Of a DNA stretch of 32,199 nucleotides, positions 11,145 to 21,307 are shown one piece after another. Source of the DNA: an uncultured Gemmatimonadota bacterium (GTDB lineage Bacteria; GCA-2686955); contig CAZBBK010000068.1 of NCBI GenBank assembly GCA_964490075.1, positions 1 through 32,199 of the forward strand. Reading direction: 5' to 3'. The notes below the pieces were generated by a model, which was given only the letters and a program-made list of their open reading frames with translations, was not told the DNA's origin and made no database searches. Every line of letters starts with the position of its first letter. The stretch's first letter is position 1. The position numbers were made by a program, and so were the translations under genes.

Positions 11145-12350
11145 ATGCTCTCCCTCTCTTTCTCCCTCGCCCTCGCCCTCGCCACCGCCGCCCCGGCGGA
11201 CCCCGAACCCACCGCCGCAGCCACCCCCGCCCCACCCCACCCCCAGGTCCGCCACGCGACCCCAAACGACCCCGAGGTCCTCCTCGCGACCCGAATCCAC
11301 GCCCCCCCGCCGATCGTCGACGGCGTAGTCGATCCCCTCTGGGCCACCGCGCCGCCGCTGGCGATCGCAACCTCGGTCTGGGAGATCGCCGAGTTCGCCG
11401 GCTACGGCGGCAAGAGCTACCGCGCCACGCTGCGCGCGCTCTACGACGACACCAGGCTCTACATCCTGGCGCAATGGGACGATTCCACCCGCAGCGCCGA
11501 CCGCCAGGAATGGTATTTCGACCCCGGCGCCGGCCGTTGGGTCCAGGAGTCGGGCCGGCCCACCTTCGCGAGCGGCCAGCTGGTCGAGCCGGCCCACTAC
11601 GAAGACAAGCTGAGCTTGATCTGGAACATCGACGGAAGTGTCGCGGAGTTCGCGGACCAAGGGTGCATGGTGCTCTGCCACACCGGCGTCCGCGGTCACC
11701 CCTTCGGCAAGACCGCACTCAAGCACACCAACGCCGCTGCCGAAAGAGCCGACATGTGGCACTGGAAGCTGGTGCGCACCAACGCCGTGAACCAGGCCGA
11801 CGATCAGCACGTCGACCACAGCGCGAGCGAGAAGGGCGGCGGCCGCCACGGCGACAGCGCCGCGGGGGGCGGCTACTCCGCGAATATGCAGCTCGTTGGT
11901 CATCCGGCCGGCGGCCGGGAAGCGGCGATCCCCCGCTACTACATTCCCGGGCGCACCGAATACAACACAATTCTGCACAGCGAAATCGCGATCGGCTTGG
12001 CGGTCGAGATCGAGACGCTGAGCCCCGACGGATCGCTGGTCGACGCCCGGGGCGCAGTCCTCGCGCCGACCGACTTCCCACGCCGCGGCCCGAGCCGAAT
12101 CCCCAGCGTCACCATCGCCCCCTTCCGCGGCAGCAGAGGCGACCTGCAAAGCCACGGGCGCCACGACGGCGCCGGATGGACGGTCGAGATCGCCCGCGCC
12201 TTCGAGACCGACGACAAATCACACGACGTGCAATGGTCGGATCGTGGCGCCGGCGCCCGCTACGATTTCGGCTTCGCGGTATTCGACAACGCCCAGATCG
12301 CCCACGCCACCTCGAGCGAGGTTTATCGTCTCCTTTTCGAGCAGCGCTGA
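11145..12350 (+). CDS. Ethylbenzene dehydrogenase-related (DOMON-like heme-binding) secreted protein
   Basis: Signal peptide, P.VDG.VD..W, LRALYD..RLYILAQW.D, YEDKLSLIW, CMVLCH, ADMWHWK..R, WTVEIAR and FGFAVFDNA..H. Start chosen at ATG 11145. Confidence 0.8.
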   Translation: MLSLSFSLALALATAAPADPEPTAAATPAPPHPQVRHATPNDPEVLLATRIHAPPPIVDGVVDPLWATAPPLAIATSVWEIAEFAGYGGKSYRATLRALYDDTRLYILAQWDDSTRSADRQEWYFDPGAGRWVQESGRPTFASGQLVEPAHYEDKLSLIWNIDGSVAEFADQGCMVLCHTGVRGHPFGKTALKHTNAAAERADMWHWKLVRTNAVNQADDQHVDHSASEKGGGRHGDSAAGGGYSANMQLVGHPAGGREAAIPRYYIPGRTEYNTILHSEIAIGLAVEIETLSPDGSLVDARGAVLAPTDFPRRGPSRIPSVTIAPFRGSRGDLQSHGRHDGAGWTVEIARAFETDDKSHDVQWSDRGAGARYDFGFAVFDNAQIAHATSSEVYRLLFEQR

Positions 12351-12381
12351 CGACATTTTTCTATCGCCCAGGAACCCCCCG

Positions 12382-13248
12382 ATGAACCGATCCCGCCTCG
12401 CCCCCCTCGCCGCCGCCCTGTCGCTGCCGATCCTCGCCGGCGGCTGCGCCTCGGTCCAGGAGATCGCCCGCGGCGCCCAGCTCTTGCCCACGGTCGAGAT
12501 GGCCCGCGCCGGCATCGATCGCGTCTCCTTCGATTCGCTCGACCTGCGTTTCGATCTGGCGATCGACAACCCGAACGCGGTGGGCGTCGTTCTCTCCGGC
12601 CTCGACTGGCAGCTCGACTTCAACGACAAACGCTTTGCCGGCGGCACCGACCGCACCACCACCAAGATCGCGGCGCGCGGCCGCAGCACCCTGCCGATCC
12701 CCGCCACCGTCCACTTCAGCGACCTCTACGACACCATTACCTCTCTGGGCGGAGCCGCCGAGCTGCCCTACCGCTTCCACGGCTCGCTCGGCTTCGAGGT
12801 TCCGATCCTCGGCCGCGTCGCGGTCCCGATCAGCCACTCCGCGACCATCCCCGCTCTGCACGCCCCTTCGGTCGATGTCGCGGCGCTCGAAATCCGTCGC
12901 TTCTCACTGACCGGCGCCGACCTGGAGCTGCGCCTCGACGTCGACAACCCGAACGCCTTCGGCCTGATCCTCGACGCCCTGCGCTTCGACCTTGCCCTCG
13001 CCGGCGCCCGCGTGGCCTCCGGTAACGCGGGCCAATCGACGCCGATCGCGGGCGGCGACCAGGGCACGCTGCACATCCCGGTGGCGCTCGACTTCATGAG
13101 CACCGGTCGGGCCCTCTACACGGCACTGCGCGGCGGCAGCATCGACTGCAAGATCGGCGGCACCCTCGGCCTGGGCACCACCCTGCCGGAGATCGAATCT
13201 CTGTCTCTACCCTTTTCGTTGGCGGGTGCGGTGCCGATCAAACGATGA
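12382..13248 (+). CDS. LEA type 2 (WHy) family lipoprotein with two tandem domains
   Basis: Lipobox-like LAGGC and two repeats of L.L.[I/V]DNPNA. ATG at 12382 after AGGA. Confidence 0.9.
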   Translation: MNRSRLAPLAAALSLPILAGGCASVQEIARGAQLLPTVEMARAGIDRVSFDSLDLRFDLAIDNPNAVGVVLSGLDWQLDFNDKRFAGGTDRTTTKIAARGRSTLPIPATVHFSDLYDTITSLGGAAELPYRFHGSLGFEVPILGRVAVPISHSATIPALHAPSVDVAALEIRRFSLTGADLELRLDVDNPNAFGLILDALRFDLALAGARVASGNAGQSTPIAGGDQGTLHIPVALDFMSTGRALYTALRGGSIDCKIGGTLGLGTTLPEIESLSLPFSLAGAVPIKR

Positions 13249-13460
13249 TCGAGGCGCCTTGGTTTGGAAGAGGCCCCCTTCGGGGGACAGAGTGTGGCCG
13301 AGTCCCGTTTTGAGTCCGCGGCATCGCCCCCGGCTCTTCGAGGCTTCCGGACGCATGGCAGTTCAGCTCACCGGCGCCCATCTGCATCGGCCCGGTCGAA
13401 GGGCCGGGCCGGAGGTTAGTCTTCTCCAACCCCCCCGAATCCCTCAACCGGAGCGACGAC

Positions 13461-14303
13461 ATGCCCCAGCGCGCCTTCGCGACGGCCCTGACCGGCGCGC
13501 TGATCTCAGCCTCCGCGGCCTCCGCCTACCAGGTGGGCGACATCACCGACGACTGGACCGTGCTCGACGCCTGGGAAGAGGTATCGCATCGGCTCTACGA
13601 CTACCGGGGCAAGCTGGTCCTCGTAAACCTCTTCCGCGACACCTGAGGCGGCTGCATGCTGGAGGCTCCAGCACTCGAAACGAATATCTGGCAGCCCTTC
13701 AAGGACCGCGGCGTCATGGTCTTCGCCATGAACCGCTTCTCTTACAAGATGGCGCAAGACTGGATCACCGAGTACGAGCTCAGCTACCCCGTGCTCTACG
13801 ACCCGCCGCCCTCCGACGCCTACTGGAGCTACGCGCACCAAGTGCTGCCGCAAAACACACTCACTGACCGCAACTTCGAGGTGATCTTCGACCAGTCCGC
13901 GGGCTACGACGAGGAAGAGATCATCGAGCGGATCGAAGAGCATCTGCACCCCGTCGCGGTGGTGCTGGCGGGTTCGTCCGAGCAGGTGGTCGCCGGCGAC
14001 GACTTCGCCTTCGATGCCCAGCTGAAGAACTGGGGCGACAGCGCGCACAGCTTCGACGCCTGGATCGACGTCATCCTGCCGGGCCATCGACGCCTGCCCA
14101 ACAACCCGCGGCTCGGACCGCTGGCGATCACGCTCGGCGCCGGTCAAACCTGGATCGCGGCGCTTTCGCTATCGGTCCCCGCCCGCACGCCGGCGGCCGA
14201 CAACTATCGAATCAAGCTCTCGATCGGATCGTTCGGCGCCGACGAAATCCGCAACTGCGACCTGATCGAAGTCGACGTGGTGGCCGGAGATCGTCAGCGC
14301 TGA
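13461..14303 (+). CDS. Secreted TlpA/AhpC-TSA-type redoxin selenoprotein (UxxC) with C-terminal Ig-like domain, 280 aa
   Basis: ORFs 13461..13646 and 13656..14303 are in one frame, separated only by TGA-GGC-GGC-TGC. The joined reading is [25 protein letters not shown], at the thioredoxin-fold CxxC position. A SECIS-like hairpin follows and selA is nearby. Confidence 0.9.
13644..13677 (+). promoter_or_regulatory. Bacterial SECIS-like element
   Basis: TGA at 13644-46, a 10-nt spacer, then stem TGCTGGA / loop GGC / TCCAGCA (13657-13673). A lower pairing TGAG/CTCG is possible. Confidence 0.75.
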
Positions 14304-15106
14304 CACTTTCCGCAGTAGTATGTCGCTCGCTGCCCCTGGCGGCGCATGCGTAGCTCACGGCCACAGCGCGCGCAAGAGTCGCCGGCGCGGCCGTAGACCT
14401 GCAGCGACAGTCCGAAGTAGCCGGGCTCGCCGTCGGCGCGGGTGAAGTCGCGCAGACTGGTGCCGCCCTGATCGATCGCCTCTCGCAGCACCTGCTGAAT
14501 CGCGTCCGCCAGGCGCCGGTGGCGCGGCAGCGAGATCCGCCCGGCGGCGCGAAAGGGGTGGATCTCGGCGCGGAAGAGCGTCTCGCTGGCGTAGATATTG
14601 CCCACCCCCACCACCACCGCCGCGTCCATGATGAAGGGCTTGACGGCCAGACGCCGGCCGCGCGAGCGCGCGAAGAGATGCGCGCCGTCAAAGGCCGCCT
14701 CCAGCGGCTCCGGACCGAGCTTGGCCAGCAGCGGATGGTCGAGGGGGCGGCGCTCGGTCCAGAGCAGAGCGCCGAAGCGGCGCGGATCGCGCAGCCGCAG
14801 CGCGCGCCCGTCGTCGAGCTCGATGTCGACGTGATCGTGGGGTCCGGGCGGCGCGCCGGCCGGCACGATGCGCAGGCTGCCCGACATGCCCAGGTGGATG
14901 ATGGCAGTGCCGCGCACCGTCTCCAGCAGCAAGTACTTGCCGCGGCGGCGCACCGTCGTGAAGGTCTGCCCGCGCAGCCGCCGAATCCGCGCCGGCACCG
15001 GCCAGCGCAAGCGCGGCTGGCGCACAACGATCCGCTCGACCGCGCGGCCCTGCAGATGGGGCGCGATGCCGCGCCGGGTGATCTCCACTTCGGGCAGCTC
15101 AGGCAC
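14294..15106 (-). CDS. mutM: Formamidopyrimidine-DNA glycosylase / AP lyase
   Basis: N-terminal PELPEVE, RRGKYL, HLGMSG, DPRRFG, H2[11 protein letters not shown] and C-terminal CxxC..CxxCQ zinc finger. Confidence 0.98.
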   Translation of the reverse strand: MPELPEVEITRRGIAPHLQGRAVERIVVRQPRLRWPVPARIRRLRGQTFTTVRRRGKYLLLETVRGTAIIHLGMSGSLRIVPAGAPPGPHDHVDIELDDGRALRLRDPRRFGALLWTERRPLDHPLLAKLGPEPLEAAFDGAHLFARSRGRRLAVKPFIMDAAVVVGVGNIYASETLFRAEIHPFRAAGRISLPRHRRLADAIQQVLREAIDQGGTSLRDFTRADGEPGYFGLSLQVYGRAGDSCARCGRELRMRRQGQRATYYCGKCQR

Positions 15107-15130
15107 GGCGCTTCCGCTGGCGGCGGTCCC

Positions 15131-18100
15131 TCATCGTCCGAACACTCGAAAGCCGGCCCAGAAGTAGGGGTGCGACTCGGGGGCGATGCGCTCGAGCCGC
15201 GGGTCGGCGCGCTGGTCCGCGAGCTGCTCGCGCCGAGCTTCCGCCAACGCGGCCACCGCGTCGCCGTCGGCGGCGGCCAAGGCTCGGTAGAAACGCTCGA
15301 TCAGGACGACCACGCCGCGGTCCTCGACCGACCACAGCGACGCCACCACGGCACGCGCCCCGGCCTGCACGAAGGCCCGGCTGAGACCGAGGATTCCCTC
15401 GGCTCCCGAGACCCGTCCACCGGCCACGTGGCAGGCCGAAATGACGACGATCGGCGCGCGCTCCAGCGTCACTTCGGCGATCTCGTAAGATTGCAACCAG
15501 GCGTCCTCGCGGTGTCGCGCCCCGGCCGAGAGCACCACCCCGGCATAGGAAGGATCGTCGCCGTCGACCAGCCCGTGACAGCCGAGATGAATGATGTCGG
15601 CAGCGCCCGCATGCTCGCGATAGGCCGCCTCACGGGCCTGCTCGCGCACCAATGCCCGCGTCTTGGGATAAATCTGTTGCAGAAGGCGCACCTCTTCGGC
15701 GGTGCCGGGCAGACGCGGCAGGTGGACCAGGGTGTCGGCCGAGGACTCCGCCTGCGCGTAGACCGGATCGCCGAACGCCAGCACCGTCGGCTCCGCCGCG
15801 GGAGCGCCGCGGGCGCGAATCAACGCCGGATCGAGCAGGGTCGCCGAAGGACCGTAGCCGATCTCGAAGCGCTCGCAGACGTACTCCGGCGCCGCGAAGC
15901 GGTCGACGCCCTCGCCCGCGTCCCAGCCCCTTTCGCCCGGCATCCGCAGCACCAGCATCTCGAAGGGCAGGCGGTGCAGCGGCCCGGAGGGCACGACCAA
16001 GAGCCGCCGCACTCCCTGCAAATGCTCCAGCGCCGACTCCAGAACCCAGTGCGCCAGGCGCCGCAGGTCGCGCGGGAGCAACGCCACCGGGCGCGGTGTG
16101 TCGCCGACCAGCGGCGCCACAACTTTGTCCACCAGGGCCTCGATCTCGGCGACCCCGCGCTCGAGAGTGAGCGCGTGCGCGCGCTCTTCGCGCACCACCC
16201 ACAGGTGCAGCACGTCCCCCGCGGCGAAGTACTCCAGCAGCGCCACATCCGCACCCGCGACCACCCGCTCCCGCACTCGCGCCAGATCGAGCGGCTTCAC
16301 CAATCCCTCGCTCGCCGCCAATCCCGGATCGGCGAGCGCCAGGTCGTCGAGCAGCGCGCTGTGCTCGCGGCGCACCCGCTGCAGCTCGCCCTCCAGGTAG
16401 CCGACCAATCCCCTGCGCGGGGCCGGAGCGGATTTCTCTTCGATCAGCGCGTCCTGCAACGCCCGCAGATGCAGCTCCAATCCGCTTCTCTTCTCGTCCA
16501 CCGCGCCGGCGGCCGCGCCGCTGCCGCGCTCCCCGCGCACCAGTTCGAGCAGCGAGCGTGCCTTGGCCCGCTCGGCCATCTCGAAGGCGCGCTCCGGGTC
16601 CCCGGCGTCCTCCAGGAAAAATGTGCCGGCATCGCCCAGCAAGGGCTGCGATCCCTCCAACACCCGCACCCGCCGGCTGTCGGCACCGATGTCTCGCAAC
16701 AGATGCTCCGCGTCGTCCACCGCCCTCTCGTACTCGGCGGCGGCCGCACCAGTGTCTCCCACGCTTCGCAGCGACTCGGCCAGCACGTGACGCGCGTCGA
16801 TCAGCGCCAATATATCGGCCGCCCCGTCCAGGCAGCGACAGGCCCGTGTCGCCAACACCACCGCGCGCCTTGGCCGGCCACGCCGGAGCTCGGCGCGACT
16901 CCAGTCCCTGAGCACCGTGCCCTCGCCGCGGACATTCCCCAAGCGTCGATGGAGCGCCAGCGCCCGCCGTTGCAGACGCCGCGCCTCGCGGGTCTCGCCC
17001 GCCGTCTCTCGCAAGGCGGCCAAAGACACGAGACACTTCGCCTGTCCCGTCTGATCGCCCACATCGCGGTGAATCTCGAGGGCCTGCTCGAAGAGATCGA
17101 GCGCGCGACCAAGCTCGCCGGCGGCCCGCCGCCCGTCCGCCAGCTCGCGGATCGCCTCGGCCTCGCTGGCGCGGTCGCCCAGTTCCCGAAAGATCGCCAG
17201 CGCCCGGTCGAAGAGATTCGCGGCACGCTTCGGATCGCCGGTCTGACGGTGCAGCTTGGCCAGGTTCTGCAGCGTGACCCCCTCGAAACGTCGATTGCCC
17301 ATCTCGCGCTGGATCCGCAGCGCCCGGTCGAGAAGCTCGCGCGCACGACCGTAGTTCCCACCATGATGCATGTGAACGCCCAGGTTCAAGAGCGCCATCC
17401 CCTCGGTCCACCGGTCTCCAACCTCCCGGCAGATCGCCACCGCCCGCTCCAGCAGCTCATCGGTACGGAGCGTGTCGCCCATCTTCTGGCTGCGGATCGC
17501 GAGGTTGCAGAGCGCCGCCGCCTCGCTGCGCCGGTTGCCGACCTCGCGATGAATGGCGAGCGCTTGCTCCAGGCTCTTGCGGATGTCCCTCGGGTCTCCT
17601 TGCTCGTCGGAAAAGGTCGTCAGGCTGGCGAGCGTCATCCCCTCGCCGAGACGGTCGCCGATCCCCCGCTGCAGCGCCAGGGCGGCGTGAAAGAGTTCCA
17701 TCGCCGATTCCGATTCGCCGATGATCCCGCGCAGATGCGCCAGGAGCTGCGCACCTTGACCGGCCGAGCGCCGGTCGCGGACCGCGAGCGCCTCGGCGAT
17801 GGCGGCGCGCGCAAAGCGCATGGCGCTGACCGGCCCGCTGACCGACATGGCGCGCCGGGTGACCACGAGATTGGCGCGGGCGCGCTCTCTGCCGGTACGC
17901 GCCCGGTCCAGCACCGCGGCACGAATCTCGTCCAGATCGCCGGGCGATCCGCGCAGCAGAGCGATCTGGGCGTGCAGGGTGCGCGCCCAATGCCGAAGCG
18001 CACGCGGAGCGTCGCAGCGCAGCACCCAGTCGACGATCTCCAGCGGGCGGTCGGTGTGGCCGCGCAGCAGATGCTCGCACAGGGCGAGGGCCACCACCGG

Positions 18101-18529
18101 CTCGTGGGCGGGCGGGTCGGGGCGGGGGAAGGCCGGCAGGACGCTTGCGGTCAGCTCTCGGTGCCAGTCGCCGGAGCGCGCCAGGCGCGCCGCGAGAGGG
18201 CCGAAGACCGCGTCGTCGATCCGCCGCAGCGCCTCCCAGTGGAGCATCGCCCGCTCGGCGGCATGCAGCCGCGGCGCGGAGGCGGGCGCACGGGATGCCG
18301 GAGCGAGACACAAGTCGGGATCCGATTCGACCGCCGCGCGGATCGCGGGCGGCACATCCGCCCAGGCGCCTGGTCCCTTCTCAGACCACTCCTCGGCCCG
18401 CTCGGCCGCCACCAGACTCGCCTCGGCGATCTCGCGCAGCGCCTCCGAATCCCAGGGAAACGACTCCACGAAGCTCCGGAGCGTGGCGACGCGGTCCTGC
18501 TCGAGCAGCTTCGGGACGATCTGTGACAT
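15131..18529 (-). CDS. TPR-repeat + CHAT (caspase-like) protease
   Basis: Multiple TPRs (e.g. ALAIHREVGNRRSEA), ERAKARSLL, PSGPLHRLPF, catalytic His in HLGCHG (15575-77) and Cys in ISACH (15431-33), VVASLW.V.D and PYFWAGF. Start is uncertain (ATG 18529 chosen). Confidence 0.93.
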   Translation of the reverse strand: MSQIVPKLLEQDRVATLRSFVESFPWDSEALREIAEASLVAAERAEEWSEKGPGAWADVPPAIRAAVESDPDLCLAPASRAPASAPRLHAAERAMLHWEALRRIDDAVFGPLAARLARSGDWHRELTASVLPAFPRPDPPAHEPVVALALCEHLLRGHTDRPLEIVDWVLRCDAPRALRHWARTLHAQIALLRGSPGDLDEIRAAVLDRARTGRERARANLVVTRRAMSVSGPVSAMRFARAAIAEALAVRDRRSAGQGAQLLAHLRGIIGESESAMELFHAALALQRGIGDRLGEGMTLASLTTFSDEQGDPRDIRKSLEQALAIHREVGNRRSEAAALCNLAIRSQKMGDTLRTDELLERAVAICREVGDRWTEGMALLNLGVHMHHGGNYGRARELLDRALRIQREMGNRRFEGVTLQNLAKLHRQTGDPKRAANLFDRALAIFRELGDRASEAEAIRELADGRRAAGELGRALDLFEQALEIHRDVGDQTGQAKCLVSLAALRETAGETREARRLQRRALALHRRLGNVRGEGTVLRDWSRAELRRGRPRRAVVLATRACRCLDGAADILALIDARHVLAESLRSVGDTGAAAAEYERAVDDAEHLLRDIGADSRRVRVLEGSQPLLGDAGTFFLEDAGDPERAFEMAERAKARSLLELVRGERGSGAAAGAVDEKRSGLELHLRALQDALIEEKSAPAPRRGLVGYLEGELQRVRREHSALLDDLALADPGLAASEGLVKPLDLARVRERVVAGADVALLEYFAAGDVLHLWVVREERAHALTLERGVAEIEALVDKVVAPLVGDTPRPVALLPRDLRRLAHWVLESALEHLQGVRRLLVVPSGPLHRLPFEMLVLRMPGERGWDAGEGVDRFAAPEYVCERFEIGYGPSATLLDPALIRARGAPAAEPTVLAFGDPVYAQAESSADTLVHLPRLPGTAEEVRLLQQIYPKTRALVREQAREAAYREHAGAADIIHLGCHGLVDGDDPSYAGVVLSAGARHREDAWLQSYEIAEVTLERAPIVVISACHVAGGRVSGAEGILGLSRAFVQAGARAVVASLWSVEDRGVVVLIERFYRALAAADGDAVAALAEARREQLADQRADPRLERIAPESHPYFWAGFRVFGR

Positions 18530-18738
18530 CGGGCGTGGGACTCGAGAAACCAGAAGCGAAACGCGACGGGACGGTGGCTGTCGCCCCCCGGAGACGGCTC
18601 GACCATACCCGACCTCGGGTCCGCCGCCCACGCGGCTGTCGAAGATCGCTTCGTCGGTCGATGGTCCAGAAAGATGCCCGTGGACCAGCATCCGTTATAG
18701 TTTGAGTGCTCGACCCGTTCCACGCCTGGAGACCACCC

Positions 18739-20613
18739 GTGAGAATCTTCCGCGCTCTGGCGGCCCTGTGGCTGCCCGCGCTCCTTGCCTCGGCGCACGC
18801 TGCCGTGCTCACCGTGCCGGTTCCCTACGCCAAGATTCAAGACGCGATCAACGCCGCCGCGGTCAGCGGCGACACGGTGGTCATCGACAGTGTCGCCTCC
18901 CCGTACATGGGACCGGGCAACATCGATCTCTCGTTCGAGGGCAAAGAGGTGGTGGTCCAGAGCCTCGATCCCTTGTTGCCTCAGGTTCGCGACGCCACCG
19001 TGATCGATGCCGCCGATACTTCTCGCATCGCCTTGATCGACCAGGGCGAGGGCCCCGGCGCCAAGCTGCGCGGGCTGACATTGCGCAACGGCGGCAGTAG
19101 AACCTCCGGCCCCTTCGCCGGAAGCGGCGGCGCCCTGCTTTGCGTCGGCACCAGACCGGCGGTCGAGAACTGCAAGATCGTCAACAGCCAGGCCTGGGAC
19201 GGCGGCGGGGCGGCCTGCGTCGACGGCGCGAGCGTGAAGCTGATCGACTGCCTGATCCACGCCAACAGCGCCGAAGAAGAGCTGAACGGGACCGGGCGCG
19301 GCGGGGCGGTCTACGCGTCGCAGAGCTCGGTCGTCGAGCTGCGCCGCTGCACTCTGGAGCAGAACGACGCCGAACGCAACGGCGGCGCGGTCTTCGCCGA
19401 CGGCCAGAGCAGACTGGTGGTGATCCAGTCGACCCTGACCGGCAACCACGCGGGCAACGACGGCGGGGCGATCGCGGCGCTGAACGTGGCGCAGCTTCGG
19501 GTCCTGAAGTCGCAGATCCGCAACAACGACGCCGCCCGTTTCGGCGGCGGCCTGCGGGTCCACGGGAATTTCTACCCGATCATCTCAGCCTGCGAAATCC
19601 AGCTCAACGACGCCGGCGATACCGGAGGAGGGATGTACCTCACCAAGGCGTCGGGGATCGTGCGTTTCAGCAACTTCATCAACAACGAAGCCGAGCGCGG
19701 CGGCGGCGGCCTGCACGCCGGCCAATCGAACGTCACCCTACTGCGCTGCCAGATCCTGCGCAACGAGCTGACGTCCAACGCGGTGGCCAACGGCGGCGGC
19801 ATCCAGTTCGTCGGCGGCGCGCCGCAGGTGGTGGCCTCGAGAATCGGCATCAACACCGCCCAGTCCGGCGGCGGCGTGGCGGCCCTGGCGCAGTCGAAGC
19901 CGACGCTGGTGAGCTGCATCATCGACTCCAACATCGTGCTGCTGCTCGACGAAGCGGCCGGTGCGGGCGGAGGCGTGCTGGCCGCCGACTCGTCTCCGAT
20001 CCTGTCCCACTGCACGCTCGTCCACAACGAAATGACGATCGCCGGCGGCGCTCTCTACGTAGAGGGCGCCTCGTCGACCGTCGAGGTCCACAACAGCATC
20101 CTTTACTTCAACGATGGCAACCAGATCGACGTGGCCGCGGGCTCGGTGACGGTCGACTACACCGACGTCGAGGGGGGCTACACCGGTTTCGGCAACATCG
20201 ATGTCGAGCCGACCTGGGAAGGCAACTTCCTACCGGATTTCAAGTACATTCCCGACGTGATGGCGGCGGTGGTCGACTCCGCCGATCCGGGCGACCCCGA
20301 CGACTACATCGACTGGTGCGGGTTCGCCGACACTTTCGGCATCGAGCTATGGTGTACCGACTCCGACACCAACACCTGCGCCCCCGACATGGGCGCCTAC
20401 GGCGGGCAGGAAGCCGAGTGGTGGATGAAAGGCACACCGGGGCAGATCCTCGATCCCTGCGGGATGTCGATGAGCCCCCTCTCCGCTATGATCGACGTGG
20501 ACGAAGTGAAGCCGGAGCCGGACCCGGTGCCTCCGGTGCCACTGGCGGCGCTCCACCGCCGGCCCGACGAAGACCGAGACCGGCCCGGGGCCGGACGGCA
20601 AGAAGCGCGCTGA
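18739..20613 (+). CDS. Secreted right-handed parallel beta-helix repeat protein
   Basis: Signal peptide, N-cap VP.PY.KIQDAINAA..GDTV, many N.A..GGA/GGG repeats and C-terminal PDMGAYGG. GTG start with GGAG. Confidence 0.88.
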   Translation: MRIFRALAALWLPALLASAHAAVLTVPVPYAKIQDAINAAAVSGDTVVIDSVASPYMGPGNIDLSFEGKEVVVQSLDPLLPQVRDATVIDAADTSRIALIDQGEGPGAKLRGLTLRNGGSRTSGPFAGSGGALLCVGTRPAVENCKIVNSQAWDGGGAACVDGASVKLIDCLIHANSAEEELNGTGRGGAVYASQSSVVELRRCTLEQNDAERNGGAVFADGQSRLVVIQSTLTGNHAGNDGGAIAALNVAQLRVLKSQIRNNDAARFGGGLRVHGNFYPIISACEIQLNDAGDTGGGMYLTKASGIVRFSNFINNEAERGGGGLHAGQSNVTLLRCQILRNELTSNAVANGGGIQFVGGAPQVVASRIGINTAQSGGGVAALAQSKPTLVSCIIDSNIVLLLDEAAGAGGGVLAADSSPILSHCTLVHNEMTIAGGALYVEGASSTVEVHNSILYFNDGNQIDVAAGSVTVDYTDVEGGYTGFGNIDVEPTWEGNFLPDFKYIPDVMAAVVDSADPGDPDDYIDWCGFADTFGIELWCTDSDTNTCAPDMGAYGGQEAEWWMKGTPGQILDPCGMSMSPLSAMIDVDEVKPEPDPVPPVPLAALHRRPDEDRDRPGAGRQEAR

Positions 20614-20683
20614 CTCCGGCTTGACGGGGTGGGAACCACCCACCCCCCGAGAACGCGTCCGCCGCGGGGGTCCGAAGCAACCG

Positions 20684-21307
20684 ATGAGTCGAAAAGACCT
20701 GGGCGCACGACTCGAGCAGGTGGACTGGGCCACCGTCGGCGTTCAGCTGGTCGGTTATGCCGCTTACCTGGCCCGCGGCTATCGCTGGGGGTCGAACGCG
20801 GCCGACACGCTGGCGCTCGGCATGGCCGCCGAGGACGTCGCCGCACTGGCGATTCGCAAAGTCTGGTCCGGCGAGCGGCGCTGGGATCCGGAACGTCACG
20901 ACGAATTGCTCCGCTTCTTGAAAGGGGTCGTGAGGAGCGAGATGGGACACCTCTATCATCGATCCGCGGCGCGCCACGAGGTGCGCAACCCGACCGGTCC
21001 CGACGGGAACGAGTCGGAAGCGAAGCTGGAGCGGCGCGCCGGTGAGGCGATCGAGCGCTCCGATCCGGAATCGGCGCTGATCGACCGCGAGGAACGAGCC
21101 CGGGAGGCGGCGCGCATCCACGATCTGCGCGCCGCGGTGGCCGACAGGCCAGAGCTGATCGCGATCATCGACGCGATCGGAGCCGGCTGCGGCGAGCGCC
21201 CGCGCCATCTCGCCGAGCACCTGGGGATCGCCGTTCCGGAGATCAACAACCGCCTCAAACGCCTGCGTCGAGCAGCCCTGCGCATCGAACCGGGGGTGCC
21301 TCAATGA
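20684..21307 (+). CDS. ECF-like RNA polymerase sigma-70 family factor
   Basis: Region-2-like AEDVAALAIRKVW..RRWDP..LLRFLKGVVRS, PES linker, and region-4 HTH RHLAEHLGIAVPEINNRLKRLRR. Confidence 0.7.
   Translation: MSRKDLGARLEQVDWATVGVQLVGYAAYLARGYRWGSNAADTLALGMAAEDVAALAIRKVWSGERRWDPERHDELLRFLKGVVRSEMGHLYHRSAARHEVRNPTGPDGNESEAKLERRAGEAIERSDPESALIDREERAREAARIHDLRAAVADRPELIAIIDAIGAGCGERPRHLAEHLGIAVPEINNRLKRLRRAALRIEPGVPQ

Noticed and set aside
10181-11347. N-terminal extension of SelA in the 871-aa track ORF
   Set aside because: It overlaps the DUF481 gene in another frame. SelA homology and a good RBS begin at ATG 10180.
14519-18526. 1335-aa plus-strand ORF, and similar long ORFs such as 2599..4464, 4726..6909 and 7240..8634
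   Set aside because: These are antisense or alternate-frame shadows of real high-GC genes, with R/A/P-rich composition and no motifs.
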